Part shown: positions 37,384-46,792 of the stretch, piece by piece
Numbering within the stretch: position 1 is the stretch's first letter
Layout of the letters: the number at the start of each line of letters is the position of its first letter
Source of the DNA: Faecalimonas sp.
GTDB lineage: Bacteria > Bacillota > Clostridia > Lachnospirales > Lachnospiraceae
Length of the DNA stretch: 64,000 nucleotides
Direction of reading: 5' to 3'
Assembly: GCA_045649885.1 (NCBI GenBank)
Contig: JAZRQP010000010.1
Coordinates: 4,263 to 68,262 of the forward strand
The notes under the pieces: model-generated
Database searches by the model: none
Told to the model about the DNA's origin: nothing
The model's input: only the letters and a program-made list of their open reading frames with translations
Position numbers and translations under genes: made by a program

Positions 37384-40300
37384 TTATTTATTTTTCAGCG
37401 ATTTTTTAAATTCTTTGTATGAAATATAAGCTTCTGTCTTTTTAAACTTGTTAACCTTAATAATCCACATTACTAACGAAAGAACAAACACAGGAATAAA
37501 TACAAATGTTAAAACCCTTGTTAATGTTTGAACAATCGGTTCTGTTGTTTTGATTGTTGTATCTGGGCCGATGCCATTCATTGCTTGTGAATTTGCAATC
37601 GCATATAAGTTGTGGTGACAAGCTTCTCTCATTGCTGAAACTGCCACAGGGTCATTTTCAAATTGTGGCAAACCTTTTCCGCCTGTGATCATGAATGCAA
37701 GCATAGAGTCATAGGTTGTTGTTCCACCCATTACACCGTCAATGCCATTTACCATGGAATTCAATACGTTATCTGTAATCTGTAAACCGTTACATTGCCA
37801 TTCACCGTTCATGATACCTTTTACAAGTCCTGCATTAGCGCCTGACCATTGTGTGCCCCAGCGAGTATAAGCCATCATAACACCGTTTCCACCCGCTTGT
37901 GAGCTTTCAAGCGCACCTTGGAATGCTCTCAAGTAAATTTCACGAGCTGCTTGTTCATTTAACCATACTCCAAGACCAATTCTGTCTTGCTCACAGTCAT
38001 TTAATGCGAAGTGTTTCATTACAACGCGAACACCTTTTTCTTGGATACCTGCAACTTCATTTCTTCCGATTTCAGATGAAAGGAAACCATCTTCTGAGTA
38101 GTACTCAAAGTTACGTCCGCTATATGGCGCTCTGTGAATATTTGCACCTGGTCCATAGAGGAAGGTTACTTTTGCATCTAAACAGTCATTTCCTACAACT
38201 TTACCAATTTCATAAACTAACTCTTTGTTAAATGTAGCAGCTAATACATCTTCTGATGTAAGCGCTGTTGTTTCAACACCAAGATGGCTACCAAACAACG
38301 CTACTGTTAATCCCTGAGGACCGTTTTCATCACGTGTACCTGGAGCTTGTACAGAAAGAATTGGCATTGTCCAGTGGAAGGAATCCCCAATGAGAGAAAC
38401 CATTTCATCAAATGTGAGTTGATCTAACAATTTATCCCACTTCGGATCATCATAATCAAGACCAATCATGTCATAAAGTTTCAAGCCATTATCAGCACCA
38501 AGTGTTGGCATTTTAGCATCCGCTTTTGCATCAGTTTTGTATTGTTGATCTTGCAATGCTTTGATTAAATAATCGTTTAATGCAATCTTAACTGTCTTTT
38601 CAAGGCTTGGCATTGTACCTTCCCAGTCGTTACGAGTCAAGTATACGATATCCTCTACTTCTTCATTCATGTTAGGGTCTGACGAATTTAATTGATTTTT
38701 AATTTCTGTACCCGCATCACTTGTAGCATAAGTTGTAGTATCTAATTCTGGGTTGTTCCATTTTGCTACTAATGAAGCGTTACCAGCAACATCCATACGT
38801 CCGCCTGTGCTTTCTGGTGTATAGCCTTTTGCTGCCAATACGTTATTTGCTGCATTGTGAGCATCTGTAGCTGCTGTGAAATAGTAATCACCGGCATCTA
38901 AAATATATGTGCCTGCTTTGTATGCATCATAGCTTGCCACATAATCGCCATCTACTTCGATTTTTAATGTTTCAGAAGCGCCTGGCTCTAAGATATCTGT
39001 CTTATCAAATCCAACCAATGATACTGATGCCTTTTCAATCTTGTTATCAATATCATATTGTGTATATGGACTTGATACATAGATTTGAACGGTTTCTTTA
39101 CCTGCTACATCACCTTTGTTTGTAACTGTTACATTGATTGTGTATGTTGTTGTATCTTTGTCATAAGTCAAAGACATATTGCTATATTCAAAGTTTGTAT
39201 AGCTGAGACCATATCCAAATGGGAACGCAACATCATTGCCATATTTGTATTCACCGGCATTGCCCTTGCCCATTACATAGTCTTCATAACGTGTTTCATA
39301 ATATTTGTATCCAACATAGATACCTTCTTGGTATATCATATAAGTATCTGCATGTCCAGGAATCTTACTTGTATCTCCATCATATACGATAGGTGTAAAG
39401 TTCTGCATAACTGGACTTGAGTAATTATCATAGCAATAAGTATCCGGCAAACTACCAGATGGGTTTACTTTACCACTTAAGATTTCAGCCACCGCATTGA
39501 GACCAGTTTGTCCAACACCGCCGATCCAAAGTGTTGCATCTACACCATATTCATTGTCTTTCAAGAAATCTACCTGAAGAGCATTTGATGTATTAATAAG
39601 TACGACAATCTTTTTAACTTTGCCATCATCTTTCAACTTCTTGATGCCGGCCATCATATCTTTTTCATTCTGATTTAATGCAAGATAGTTCTTACCATCT
39701 TTTAACTCATGGTCAAAGTAACTGTCTGCACCTTCACCACCAATACGTGATAATACAACGATTGCTGCATCACCATATTCTTCTACAGACTTCAAGACTT
39801 TATCTGAATATAAATTCCATGGAGCTTCAACAATTTCTGCTGAACCATAACCCTTTGCTGTTGCTGAATCCTGTACAACTGCGCCTGCATTACCGCGTGT
39901 ATATTCTTTTGCAGCCCCTGTTTTATAGAAATCCCACAATGTTTTGTTTACAGCAAAATCTTCTTTTTCCAAAGCTGTTTTTAAATCATCACATTTTGAG
40001 ATATCCACGTTTGCTGAGCCTGTACCACCATATACAATATTTACAGACGATGTTGAGAACAGACTCACTTTCGCCTCTTTGTCAAGTGGAAGTGTTGCGT
40101 TTTCGTTCATCAAAAGAGACGCACCTTCTGCTTCCACCTGTTTTACAAGTTCTGCACCTTTTTTCGTTCTTTCTTCTTCTGTCTTAAAATCACCCTCATA
40201 ATAAACCGCATCTTTGTCTTCATTCTCCAATTCCCAGAATGTTCCACCAACAAACAATGCTACCGTGTTGTCAAACATAGACACAACGATAAAGATGATC

Positions 40301-40434
40301 GTGAAGAGAATTGCAAGTGGAGCACTAAGAAGTGTTAAAAACTTCCAAGGTCTTCTTGCTCTTCTCCGCGCTTTTTTAAACGCTTTTTTCTGAGCTTTTT
40401 TCTCAGCTCTTAATTCTTTTTTGTTTTCTTCCAT
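37384..40434 (-). CDS. GH3 beta-glycosidase, permuted domain order, TM helices at both ends
   Basis: FPFGYGLSYT, Fn3-like GKETVQIY, GPGANIHRAPYSGRNFEYYSED, KHFALN, ITDN nucleophile. Confidence 0.9.
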   Translation of the reverse strand: MEENKKELRAEKKAQKKAFKKARRRARRPWKFLTLLSAPLAILFTIIFIVVSMFDNTVALFVGGTFWELENEDKDAVYYEGDFKTEEERTKKGAELVKQVEAEGASLLMNENATLPLDKEAKVSLFSTSSVNIVYGGTGSANVDISKCDDLKTALEKEDFAVNKTLWDFYKTGAAKEYTRGNAGAVVQDSATAKGYGSAEIVEAPWNLYSDKVLKSVEEYGDAAIVVLSRIGGEGADSYFDHELKDGKNYLALNQNEKDMMAGIKKLKDDGKVKKIVVLINTSNALQVDFLKDNEYGVDATLWIGGVGQTGLNAVAEILSGKVNPSGSLPDTYCYDNYSSPVMQNFTPIVYDGDTSKIPGHADTYMIYQEGIYVGYKYYETRYEDYVMGKGNAGEYKYGNDVAFPFGYGLSYTNFEYSNMSLTYDKDTTTYTINVTVTNKGDVAGKETVQIYVSSPYTQYDIDNKIEKASVSLVGFDKTDILEPGASETLKIEVDGDYVASYDAYKAGTYILDAGDYYFTAATDAHNAANNVLAAKGYTPESTGGRMDVAGNASLVAKWNNPELDTTTYATSDAGTEIKNQLNSSDPNMNEEVEDIVYLTRNDWEGTMPSLEKTVKIALNDYLIKALQDQQYKTDAKADAKMPTLGADNGLKLYDMIGLDYDDPKWDKLLDQLTFDEMVSLIGDSFHWTMPILSVQAPGTRDENGPQGLTVALFGSHLGVETTALTSEDVLAATFNKELVYEIGKVVGNDCLDAKVTFLYGPGANIHRAPYSGRNFEYYSEDGFLSSEIGRNEVAGIQEKGVRVVMKHFALNDCEQDRIGLGVWLNEQAAREIYLRAFQGALESSQAGGNGVMMAYTRWGTQWSGANAGLVKGIMNGEWQCNGLQITDNVLNSMVNGIDGVMGGTTTYDSMLAFMITGGKGLPQFENDPVAVSAMREACHHNLYAIANSQAMNGIGPDTTIKTTEPIVQTLTRVLTFVFIPVFVLSLVMWIIKVNKFKKTEAYISYKEFKKSLKNK

Positions 40435-40568
40435 AAATACTTCTCCTTACTTCTTGATAGTAATTTATATAGTACATTCTAACATGTTTTTGTTAAAACT
40501 TAAACATAATTCTAACAATTTCCATAAAAAAACAGTTCCGAATTTCTCCAGAACTGTTTCTATAAAAC

Positions 40569-42086
40569 TTATTGATATTTTTCCATGGCTTCTTCCAAGC
40601 TCATTCCACCTGCAATGGCATCTTTACGCTGTGCATTGACAGCCTGAATTTCCTTCATACGTGCTCCGGTTAACTTATAACCTTTCATTGCAATTAAAGT
40701 CGCAATCCATGCTAACATTGGCACAACACAGAATAAGATAATGACTACTCCCTTCATACCCGGTACATATGTGACATCTGCGTCCGGAAGTGCTTTCGTA
40801 AATCCAATAAATCCAACTACAACACCCACAATCGCCGTTCCAAGAGATGACACCAGTTTGTCAACCAAGCTGAATAATGTTCCCATAATTCCCGGAACAT
40901 ATTTCCCGCTTCTCCATGTTTCATAGTCGGAGCAATCAGCTACCATAGGAATTGGCATATCTGCAGTTGCATAATATGCGCCATAACCAATACCAAAGAA
41001 CAGAAGAAATGCAATTGTATATAAGTTAATGGTTATTTTACCACCGGTCAACAGCGACAGCGTCACTGCCGGGTTACCTTGCTGCCAGAGTAACAAAATT
41101 GCAAGCACTCCAATATACATAATCAGCGCAACACTTACATAGGTCATAAGCGATGCCTTTTGTCCATGCTTTTGGGATGTCCGAACTGTCAGTAAGAAAA
41201 ATGGAGCCGAGAATACATATCCAACTACCATCATTGGCAAATACAGACCGTCATAGTTGCCCATCAGCCCACCGTATAGCATACAAAGTACAGGCATGCC
41301 TGTTGCAATGGAAAATGCTAATTTACATCCTGCTCCTGCAACCATCAAACGCTGCAATTCTTTGTTGTCTTTTAATATTGCTACATATTCTGATATTTTT
41401 ACCTTTTCCTGTTTAGCAGAAATACCCCAATATTCCGGACGATCCTTTTCAGCAATACCGATAATAGCCAAGATTGTCATGATTAATGAAACCACGATAC
41501 ACAATGGAATCATGAAATCATAGAAACCGGTGCTGTTGTATCCACCCAGACTTTTCTGTAAAATCGGTGCTAAAAATTGAACAAGCCCCATACCAATCAA
41601 ACTTGCGACTGTATTAAATACTGTAAATAGCGGTCTCTGGTTAGGGTCATTTGTCAAACAAGTTTGTCCGGAACGCGTGCATGCTGTCTGGAATGTATAT
41701 CCGATTACATATAGTGCGTAAAACAATACAAAACAAACCATTTTTACTGCTGTCATATCTGCCGGAATCAAACGTGTTCCGAAATACAACAGAATTGCAC
41801 TGACAATCATAATCAAGTTACCGAGAAGCATAAACGGACGGAACTTACCGAATCTGGTTGCCGTTTTATCTATCAGCGCGCCAATAATCGGGTCTGTCAC
41901 CGCATCAAACAGACGCATAAATGTTACCATTGAGGTAGCAAATGCAACTAATAACCCTAAAACACCACTTGCATAATATGCAATAAAATTCAACGTCAAA
42001 ATATAATACACATTGGTTGCACCGTTGTTCATTGGAAACAACACCAATTGATATAATTTCGCACGATTTGTTACTTGCTTTTCCAT
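40569..42086 (-). CDS. GPH (MelB/UidB-like) MFS glycoside:cation symporter
   Basis: RLFDAVTDPIIG, RFGKFRPF, MVADCSDYE motifs. Confidence 0.9.
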   Translation of the reverse strand: MEKQVTNRAKLYQLVLFPMNNGATNVYYILTLNFIAYYASGVLGLLVAFATSMVTFMRLFDAVTDPIIGALIDKTATRFGKFRPFMLLGNLIMIVSAILLYFGTRLIPADMTAVKMVCFVLFYALYVIGYTFQTACTRSGQTCLTNDPNQRPLFTVFNTVASLIGMGLVQFLAPILQKSLGGYNSTGFYDFMIPLCIVVSLIMTILAIIGIAEKDRPEYWGISAKQEKVKISEYVAILKDNKELQRLMVAGAGCKLAFSIATGMPVLCMLYGGLMGNYDGLYLPMMVVGYVFSAPFFLLTVRTSQKHGQKASLMTYVSVALIMYIGVLAILLLWQQGNPAVTLSLLTGGKITINLYTIAFLLFFGIGYGAYYATADMPIPMVADCSDYETWRSGKYVPGIMGTLFSLVDKLVSSLGTAIVGVVVGFIGFTKALPDADVTYVPGMKGVVIILFCVVPMLAWIATLIAMKGYKLTGARMKEIQAVNAQRKDAIAGGMSLEEAMEKYQ

Positions 42087-42112
42087 ATTTTCTCTCCTAC
42101 ATCCATATATAT

Positions 42113-44047
42113 CTACATCCAGTTAGAACTATCGCCCTTCGCCAAACGATATTCCGGTTTTTCTTTATCAACCTTATAGATTACACAGCTGTCTGTATAG
42201 TCACCTGCTTTAACTTCTAATTTATTTTCAGCTTCTAACATAATATCAAACTTGAAAACATTTTCTCCTTTTTGCGTGCCCACAAGCTTGCCATTGTGAT
42301 AAAGGGAAACTTCATCTAAATTAGAATAAACAGTAATTGTTTGTTTCACAGCACTGCGATACTCATAGCGCTTTCCTGCCAGATAAACGAACTTATCTTT
42401 CTTATTCCAATATGCCTTATATAAATAGAAGACATCCTTTTTCAACTTACGGTCAAAGGTAATCATGCCCTTGTGGTTCATACCAGGCTCGCCGCCCTGA
42501 TTACGGGCATCTGCCGCAAAATCAAACATATTCCAGTAATAGTGTGCCCACATGTACGGATAACGTTTAAAACACTCCAGCATATACTCGTGGTATTTTG
42601 TATGATACTCTTCCGAGTTATCCCCACGCTTTGGATGTTTTGAATGAAGGTTTGGCATACCCTCCGCACCGTATTCCGAATAGCATAAGCATCTATTTGG
42701 ATATAAGAAGTGCCACAATCTAATCCAAAGGTCATTGAGCCATAAAAATGGTACATACCATCCAAGATATAAGTTCCAGCCGACCAAATCTGTAATGTGC
42801 GCTACCGGATTCCAATGTAGGCACATCGCATAACACGCCAAGGTTGTTAGTCGGGTTGGGTCCATCTTATGACACAAATCATTTAACACACGATGATTCT
42901 CTAACATTTGCTTTTTATATCTTCTACCGGAAATGGTAATCTCATTGGATACTCCCCACATCACAATACTTGGATGATTATAATTTTGAATAATCAACTC
43001 CTTCATCTGTGAAATGGTATTCTCATTTCCATTTGCCAAATGCTCGGAAATGTATGGAATCTCTGCCCATACAATCATACCTACTTTATCGCACAAATCA
43101 TAGAAATATTGGTCATGCTGATAATGTGCCAAACGAATCGTATTCGCTCCAACCTCACGAAGAAGTGCCATATCTCTGTCGTGATGTTCCTTTGAAATCG
43201 CATTTCCAATACCTTTGAAATCCTGATGACGTGATGCACCATGTAAAGGATATGGTCTGCCGTTCAAATGGAAACCATCTTTCGGACTAAATTCGAAGGT
43301 ACGCACACCGCAGTTGCAGGAAATCTCATCCACTTCTTTTCCATTCTTCATTAGAACAGCTTTAATTTGGTACAGATACGGATCTTTAAGTCCATCCCAT
43401 AGATGTACGTTAGGCACAGAAAGCTCTACCTCTGTTCCTTCCGCTTCAGCCACAATATTTCCCTCTGCATCCAGAAGCTCCACTACGACCTTCGCCTTTG
43501 CTTCCTTTGCTACTTTATTAATATAAGTACTCACTTTAATAGTCGCATTTTTTCCATCTACTTCTGTCTCATATTTCATCCCTGGTCCGCCGTAATAGTC
43601 CAATTCAAAATGTTCCTTTGAAACTACCAGGATTTCAATATCACGGTAGATACCTCCGTAGAAAGTAAAATCTGCTTTCTGTGGATACACGCGGTCGTTC
43701 ACACTGTTATCCACTTCTATTTTTATCTGATTGTTCTCTTGTAAATCTTTTGTAACGTCAACACGGAATGTAGAGTATCCACCATCGTGAGCGACAACCT
43801 CTTTGCCATTTAACATGACCTTTGCACTTGCATTGACACCGTGGAATTGCAAATAAACACATTCCTTTTCCGCATCAAATTCCGGTTTTGCAAATTGATT
43901 ATCATACACTAGGGTTCCTCGCCAGTAGTCATTTCCACCATCCTGACCGTCTTTGGCGTTCCATGTATGAGGAAGTTCTACTGCTTGTCTGTTACCTGTC
44001 TGGTCTGTAAAACTCCAACCTTTCATTAACTTCTCAATTCTTCTCAT
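42113..44047 (-). CDS. GH2 glycoside hydrolase, beta-glucuronidase-like (NxKG motif)
   Basis: LPHTWN, DFTFYGGIYR, RLAHYQH, WGVSNE (acid/base), SEYGA (nucleophile), NHKG; start MRRIE. Confidence 0.9.
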   Translation of the reverse strand: MRRIEKLMKGWSFTDQTGNRQAVELPHTWNAKDGQDGGNDYWRGTLVYDNQFAKPEFDAEKECVYLQFHGVNASAKVMLNGKEVVAHDGGYSTFRVDVTKDLQENNQIKIEVDNSVNDRVYPQKADFTFYGGIYRDIEILVVSKEHFELDYYGGPGMKYETEVDGKNATIKVSTYINKVAKEAKAKVVVELLDAEGNIVAEAEGTEVELSVPNVHLWDGLKDPYLYQIKAVLMKNGKEVDEISCNCGVRTFEFSPKDGFHLNGRPYPLHGASRHQDFKGIGNAISKEHHDRDMALLREVGANTIRLAHYQHDQYFYDLCDKVGMIVWAEIPYISEHLANGNENTISQMKELIIQNYNHPSIVMWGVSNEITISGRRYKKQMLENHRVLNDLCHKMDPTRLTTLACYAMCLHWNPVAHITDLVGWNLYLGWYVPFLWLNDLWIRLWHFLYPNRCLCYSEYGAEGMPNLHSKHPKRGDNSEEYHTKYHEYMLECFKRYPYMWAHYYWNMFDFAADARNQGGEPGMNHKGMITFDRKLKKDVFYLYKAYWNKKDKFVYLAGKRYEYRSAVKQTITVYSNLDEVSLYHNGKLVGTQKGENVFKFDIMLEAENKLEVKAGDYTDSCVIYKVDKEKPEYRLAKGDSSNWM

Positions 44048-44151
44048 ACTTAATTCCTTTCGTTTGTGCATTGTTACGCACAGTTCAAAAATATCTTAAC
44101 ATATTTTAGACAATTTGTCCTAGATTTAATGATAAATTTATAATATTATTT

Positions 44152-44994
44152 CTAATCAACCAAACCCTTTTTGGCCTCTATCAAATTATAAACCGTCGCA
44201 GAACCAACTACTAGGATTGCGCCTACAATCGCCATCGCACCAACTTTCTCCCCATAAAATGCAGCCACAAGAAGCGGATTTAAGATGGGTTCAATAGTAG
44301 AAGTAAGGGATGCGGTGACCGGTGACACATAATCCAAACCTTTGGATAGAAATACATAAGAAAGACCACACTGCACAGCACCAAGTAAAATGATACAACT
44401 CCAAATAACTGGTGTGCTTGTGGTTTCATTCATATATGCCGGTATCGCAAACACCATGCTCATGGCATTTGAAAGCAAAATGGAAGATTCAAAATCAGCT
44501 CCCGGAAAACGTTTCATCATAAAGACAAGTGCATAGAAGAATCCTGACACTATGGCCAACACATTTCCTGTCATCCCTCCAACATGCAAGGACTCAAAGA
44601 AAAAGCACAAAATTCCACTAAACACAAGAACACATGTCACTACTGCTTCTTTTCTTGGTCTCTTTTTATAAATAATCCACATCAACAAGATAACAAAAAT
44701 AGGCTCTGTAAACTGAAGTACGATTGCATTTGCTGCCGTGGTGAGTTTTGTTGCTGCCACAAAAGTAAATGCCATTACCATGTTACAAATTGCTCCAAAG
44801 ACCACAGACTTATTAAATACAAATTTGTGTTTTGTATAATACATGTAACCGCCAATAACAACAGATGAAAAAATACTACGCACTCCTTGAATCGTCATTG
44901 GTGACCATGGAATATATTTAATTAGGACCCCGCCCAAAGCAAAGCAGATTGCTGAGAGTAGCACGTATATGGTTCCTGTTAGACTGTTTTTCAC
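44152..44994 (-). CDS. EamA/DMT family transporter; start reassigned to GTG 44994
   Basis: Two EamA repeats (TTAANAIVLQFTEPIF; STIEPILNPLL); GGAGG RBS; ORF-track N-terminus overlaps tmRNA. Confidence 0.9.
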   Translation of the reverse strand: MKNSLTGTIYVLLSAICFALGGVLIKYIPWSPMTIQGVRSIFSSVVIGGYMYYTKHKFVFNKSVVFGAICNMVMAFTFVAATKLTTAANAIVLQFTEPIFVILLMWIIYKKRPRKEAVVTCVLVFSGILCFFFESLHVGGMTGNVLAIVSGFFYALVFMMKRFPGADFESSILLSNAMSMVFAIPAYMNETTSTPVIWSCIILLGAVQCGLSYVFLSKGLDYVSPVTASLTSTIEPILNPLLVAAFYGEKVGAMAIVGAILVVGSATVYNLIEAKKGLVD

Positions 44995-45046
44995 AAAATA
45001 TTCCTCCGTAATTGCTATAACCTTGAATTCCACATAATAACATGTA

Positions 45047-45087
45047 AAAAAGGATAAAATCACTTCAACAATGATTTTATCCCTTTT
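45047..45087 (-). terminator. tmRNA terminator
   Basis: AAAAGGATAAAATCA...TGATTTTATCCCTTTT hairpin. Confidence 0.75.
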
Positions 45088-45090
45088 AAG

Positions 45091-45434
45091 TGGACCTGGC
45101 GGGAATCGAACCCGCGTCCGAAAGCCCATCCATCAAGGCATCTCCCATCACAGTCATTATTTTGACATTCCCTCCGTCATTCGCCTAATGACAGGCTAAT
45201 AACTTTAGTAGCTTCATAAGTTCTTCCATTTCCTCAAAGCTTTGGAAACGAAGTGCCTCACCTCGTTGAAGCCGGTTACTTAAGCAGTGAGCGACCTAAG
45301 ACCGACTACTGCCACTAGGCAGCGTACGCTAAATTTTCGTTTGCGTTTAATTTTAAAGTACGGATTGTTACGCGGTCCCGTCCCGCGGATGGCTTCCTCA
45401 ACTTCAAAACCCCCGTCGAAACCAGTACAAGCCC
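45091..45434 (-). ncRNA. ssrA: tmRNA, tag peptide ANENLAYAA
   Basis: 5' GGGCTTG pairs with 3' CAGGTCC-A; GGTTTCGACGGG; T-arm GGGTTCGATTCCC; tag ORF GCA AAC GAA AAT TTA GCG TAC GCT GCC TAG. Confidence 0.95.
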
Positions 45435-45521
45435 TAAAATTGGTGTCTGGTTCGCAAACGTATTTGAATTATATATTATGGATTTGGGAATGTCAAGGCT
45501 TTCAAATTGACAAAATTTGTC

Positions 45522-46445
45522 TTACATACTATCAATATATTCTTCCGCATACTTGGATGCAACTGCACCATCTGCCACGGCGGTTACAATCTGTCTGAGT
45601 GGTTTGTTTCTCATATCTCCAACTGCAAACACGCCCGGAATATTGGTTCTGGTTGTTTCATCCGCAGGTACATACCCTGCTTCATCCAACTCCACTTGAC
45701 CTTTGATTAATTCCGTATTTGGAACATTTCCGATTGCAACAAAGATACCATCACAGGCAACCATACGAACGGAATCATCATTACGACTTTTCACCTTCAC
45801 ACCTGTAACAAATTCATCTGCCAAAATTTCCACAACTTCGGAGCTCCAGATAAACTCGATATTCTCTGTCTTCTCCAGAGATTCCATATATGTTTTGGAT
45901 GCGCGAAGCTCATCCCTACGATGTACTAAGTATACCTTTTTACAAATCTTTGCAAGGAAAATGGCATCCGCAACTGCGGTGTTTCCACCACCCACAATGA
46001 CAACCGTTTTGTCTTTGTAGAACATACCATCGCAGGTTGCACAGTAAGATACACCTCGACCTCTTAAATTTCTTTCATTTGGAAGACCTAGCTCTCGAGG
46101 ATACGCACCCAATGCTAAGATAATAGTCTTCGCTTGAAAGGTGTCTTTGGAGGTATGAATGAGTTTTGGATTCTTATCTAATTCCACGCTTTTTACTTCT
46201 GCAAGCTTTGTTTTTACTCCAAAACGCTCTGCACCCTTTTTCATCTGCATTCCAAGTTCAAATCCATTGATACCTTCTACAAATCCCGGATAATTTTCCA
46301 CGATTTCCGTTGTAGCCATCTGTCCACCCGGTGCAAATTTTTCAATAACCATAGCGGTGAGGTTCGCCCTGGCAGCATAAAGTGCTGCCGTATACCCAGC
46401 CGGACCTCCACCGATTATAATCACATCAAAACAATTATTTTCCAT
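45522..46445 (-). CDS. trxB: Thioredoxin reductase
   Basis: GGGPAG, CATC, GGGNTA, GVFAVGD. Confidence 0.96.
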   Translation of the reverse strand: MENNCFDVIIIGGGPAGYTAALYAARANLTAMVIEKFAPGGQMATTEIVENYPGFVEGINGFELGMQMKKGAERFGVKTKLAEVKSVELDKNPKLIHTSKDTFQAKTIILALGAYPRELGLPNERNLRGRGVSYCATCDGMFYKDKTVVIVGGGNTAVADAIFLAKICKKVYLVHRRDELRASKTYMESLEKTENIEFIWSSEVVEILADEFVTGVKVKSRNDDSVRMVACDGIFVAIGNVPNTELIKGQVELDEAGYVPADETTRTNIPGVFAVGDMRNKPLRQIVTAVADGAVASKYAEEYIDSM

Positions 46446-46455
46446 CTTTTGTCTC

Positions 46456-46779
46456 CTACTCTACTCCGTTTTCTGCCAGCCATTCTTCTAATTCTTCCTG
46501 TGACATAGCACCCACAAATGTGGCTCTTGGTTCTGCTTCTCCTGTAAATAATTTGATTGTTGGAATACTCATAACACGATACTTTTGAGCCAATTCCACC
46601 GCTTCATCAATATCCACTTTTACGATTTTTAATCTGTTTGCGTAACTTTCTGCTACTTCATCAAGTACAGGCGCAAACATTTTACATGGCATGCACCAGT
46701 TTGCAAAAAAGTCAACCAATACCGGTGTCTGTGCATTTAAAACTTCCTGTTCAAAATTTGCTTTTGTCACCTTCATCAT
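46456..46779 (-). CDS. trxA: Thioredoxin
   Basis: WCMPCK, VMSIPT. Confidence 0.93.
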   Translation of the reverse strand: MMKVTKANFEQEVLNAQTPVLVDFFANWCMPCKMFAPVLDEVAESYANRLKIVKVDIDEAVELAQKYRVMSIPTIKLFTGEAEPRATFVGAMSQEELEEWLAENGVE

Positions 46780-46792
46780 AATGAAATCCTCC

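Noticed and set aside
45040-45100. Element integrated at the tmRNA 3' end
   Set aside because: The native terminator and a housekeeping gene follow directly; no duplicate 3' end or integrase is present.
44995-45129. Extended EamA N-terminus overlapping tmRNA
   Set aside because: It crosses the tmRNA 3' end and terminator; GTG 44994 has the proper RBS.
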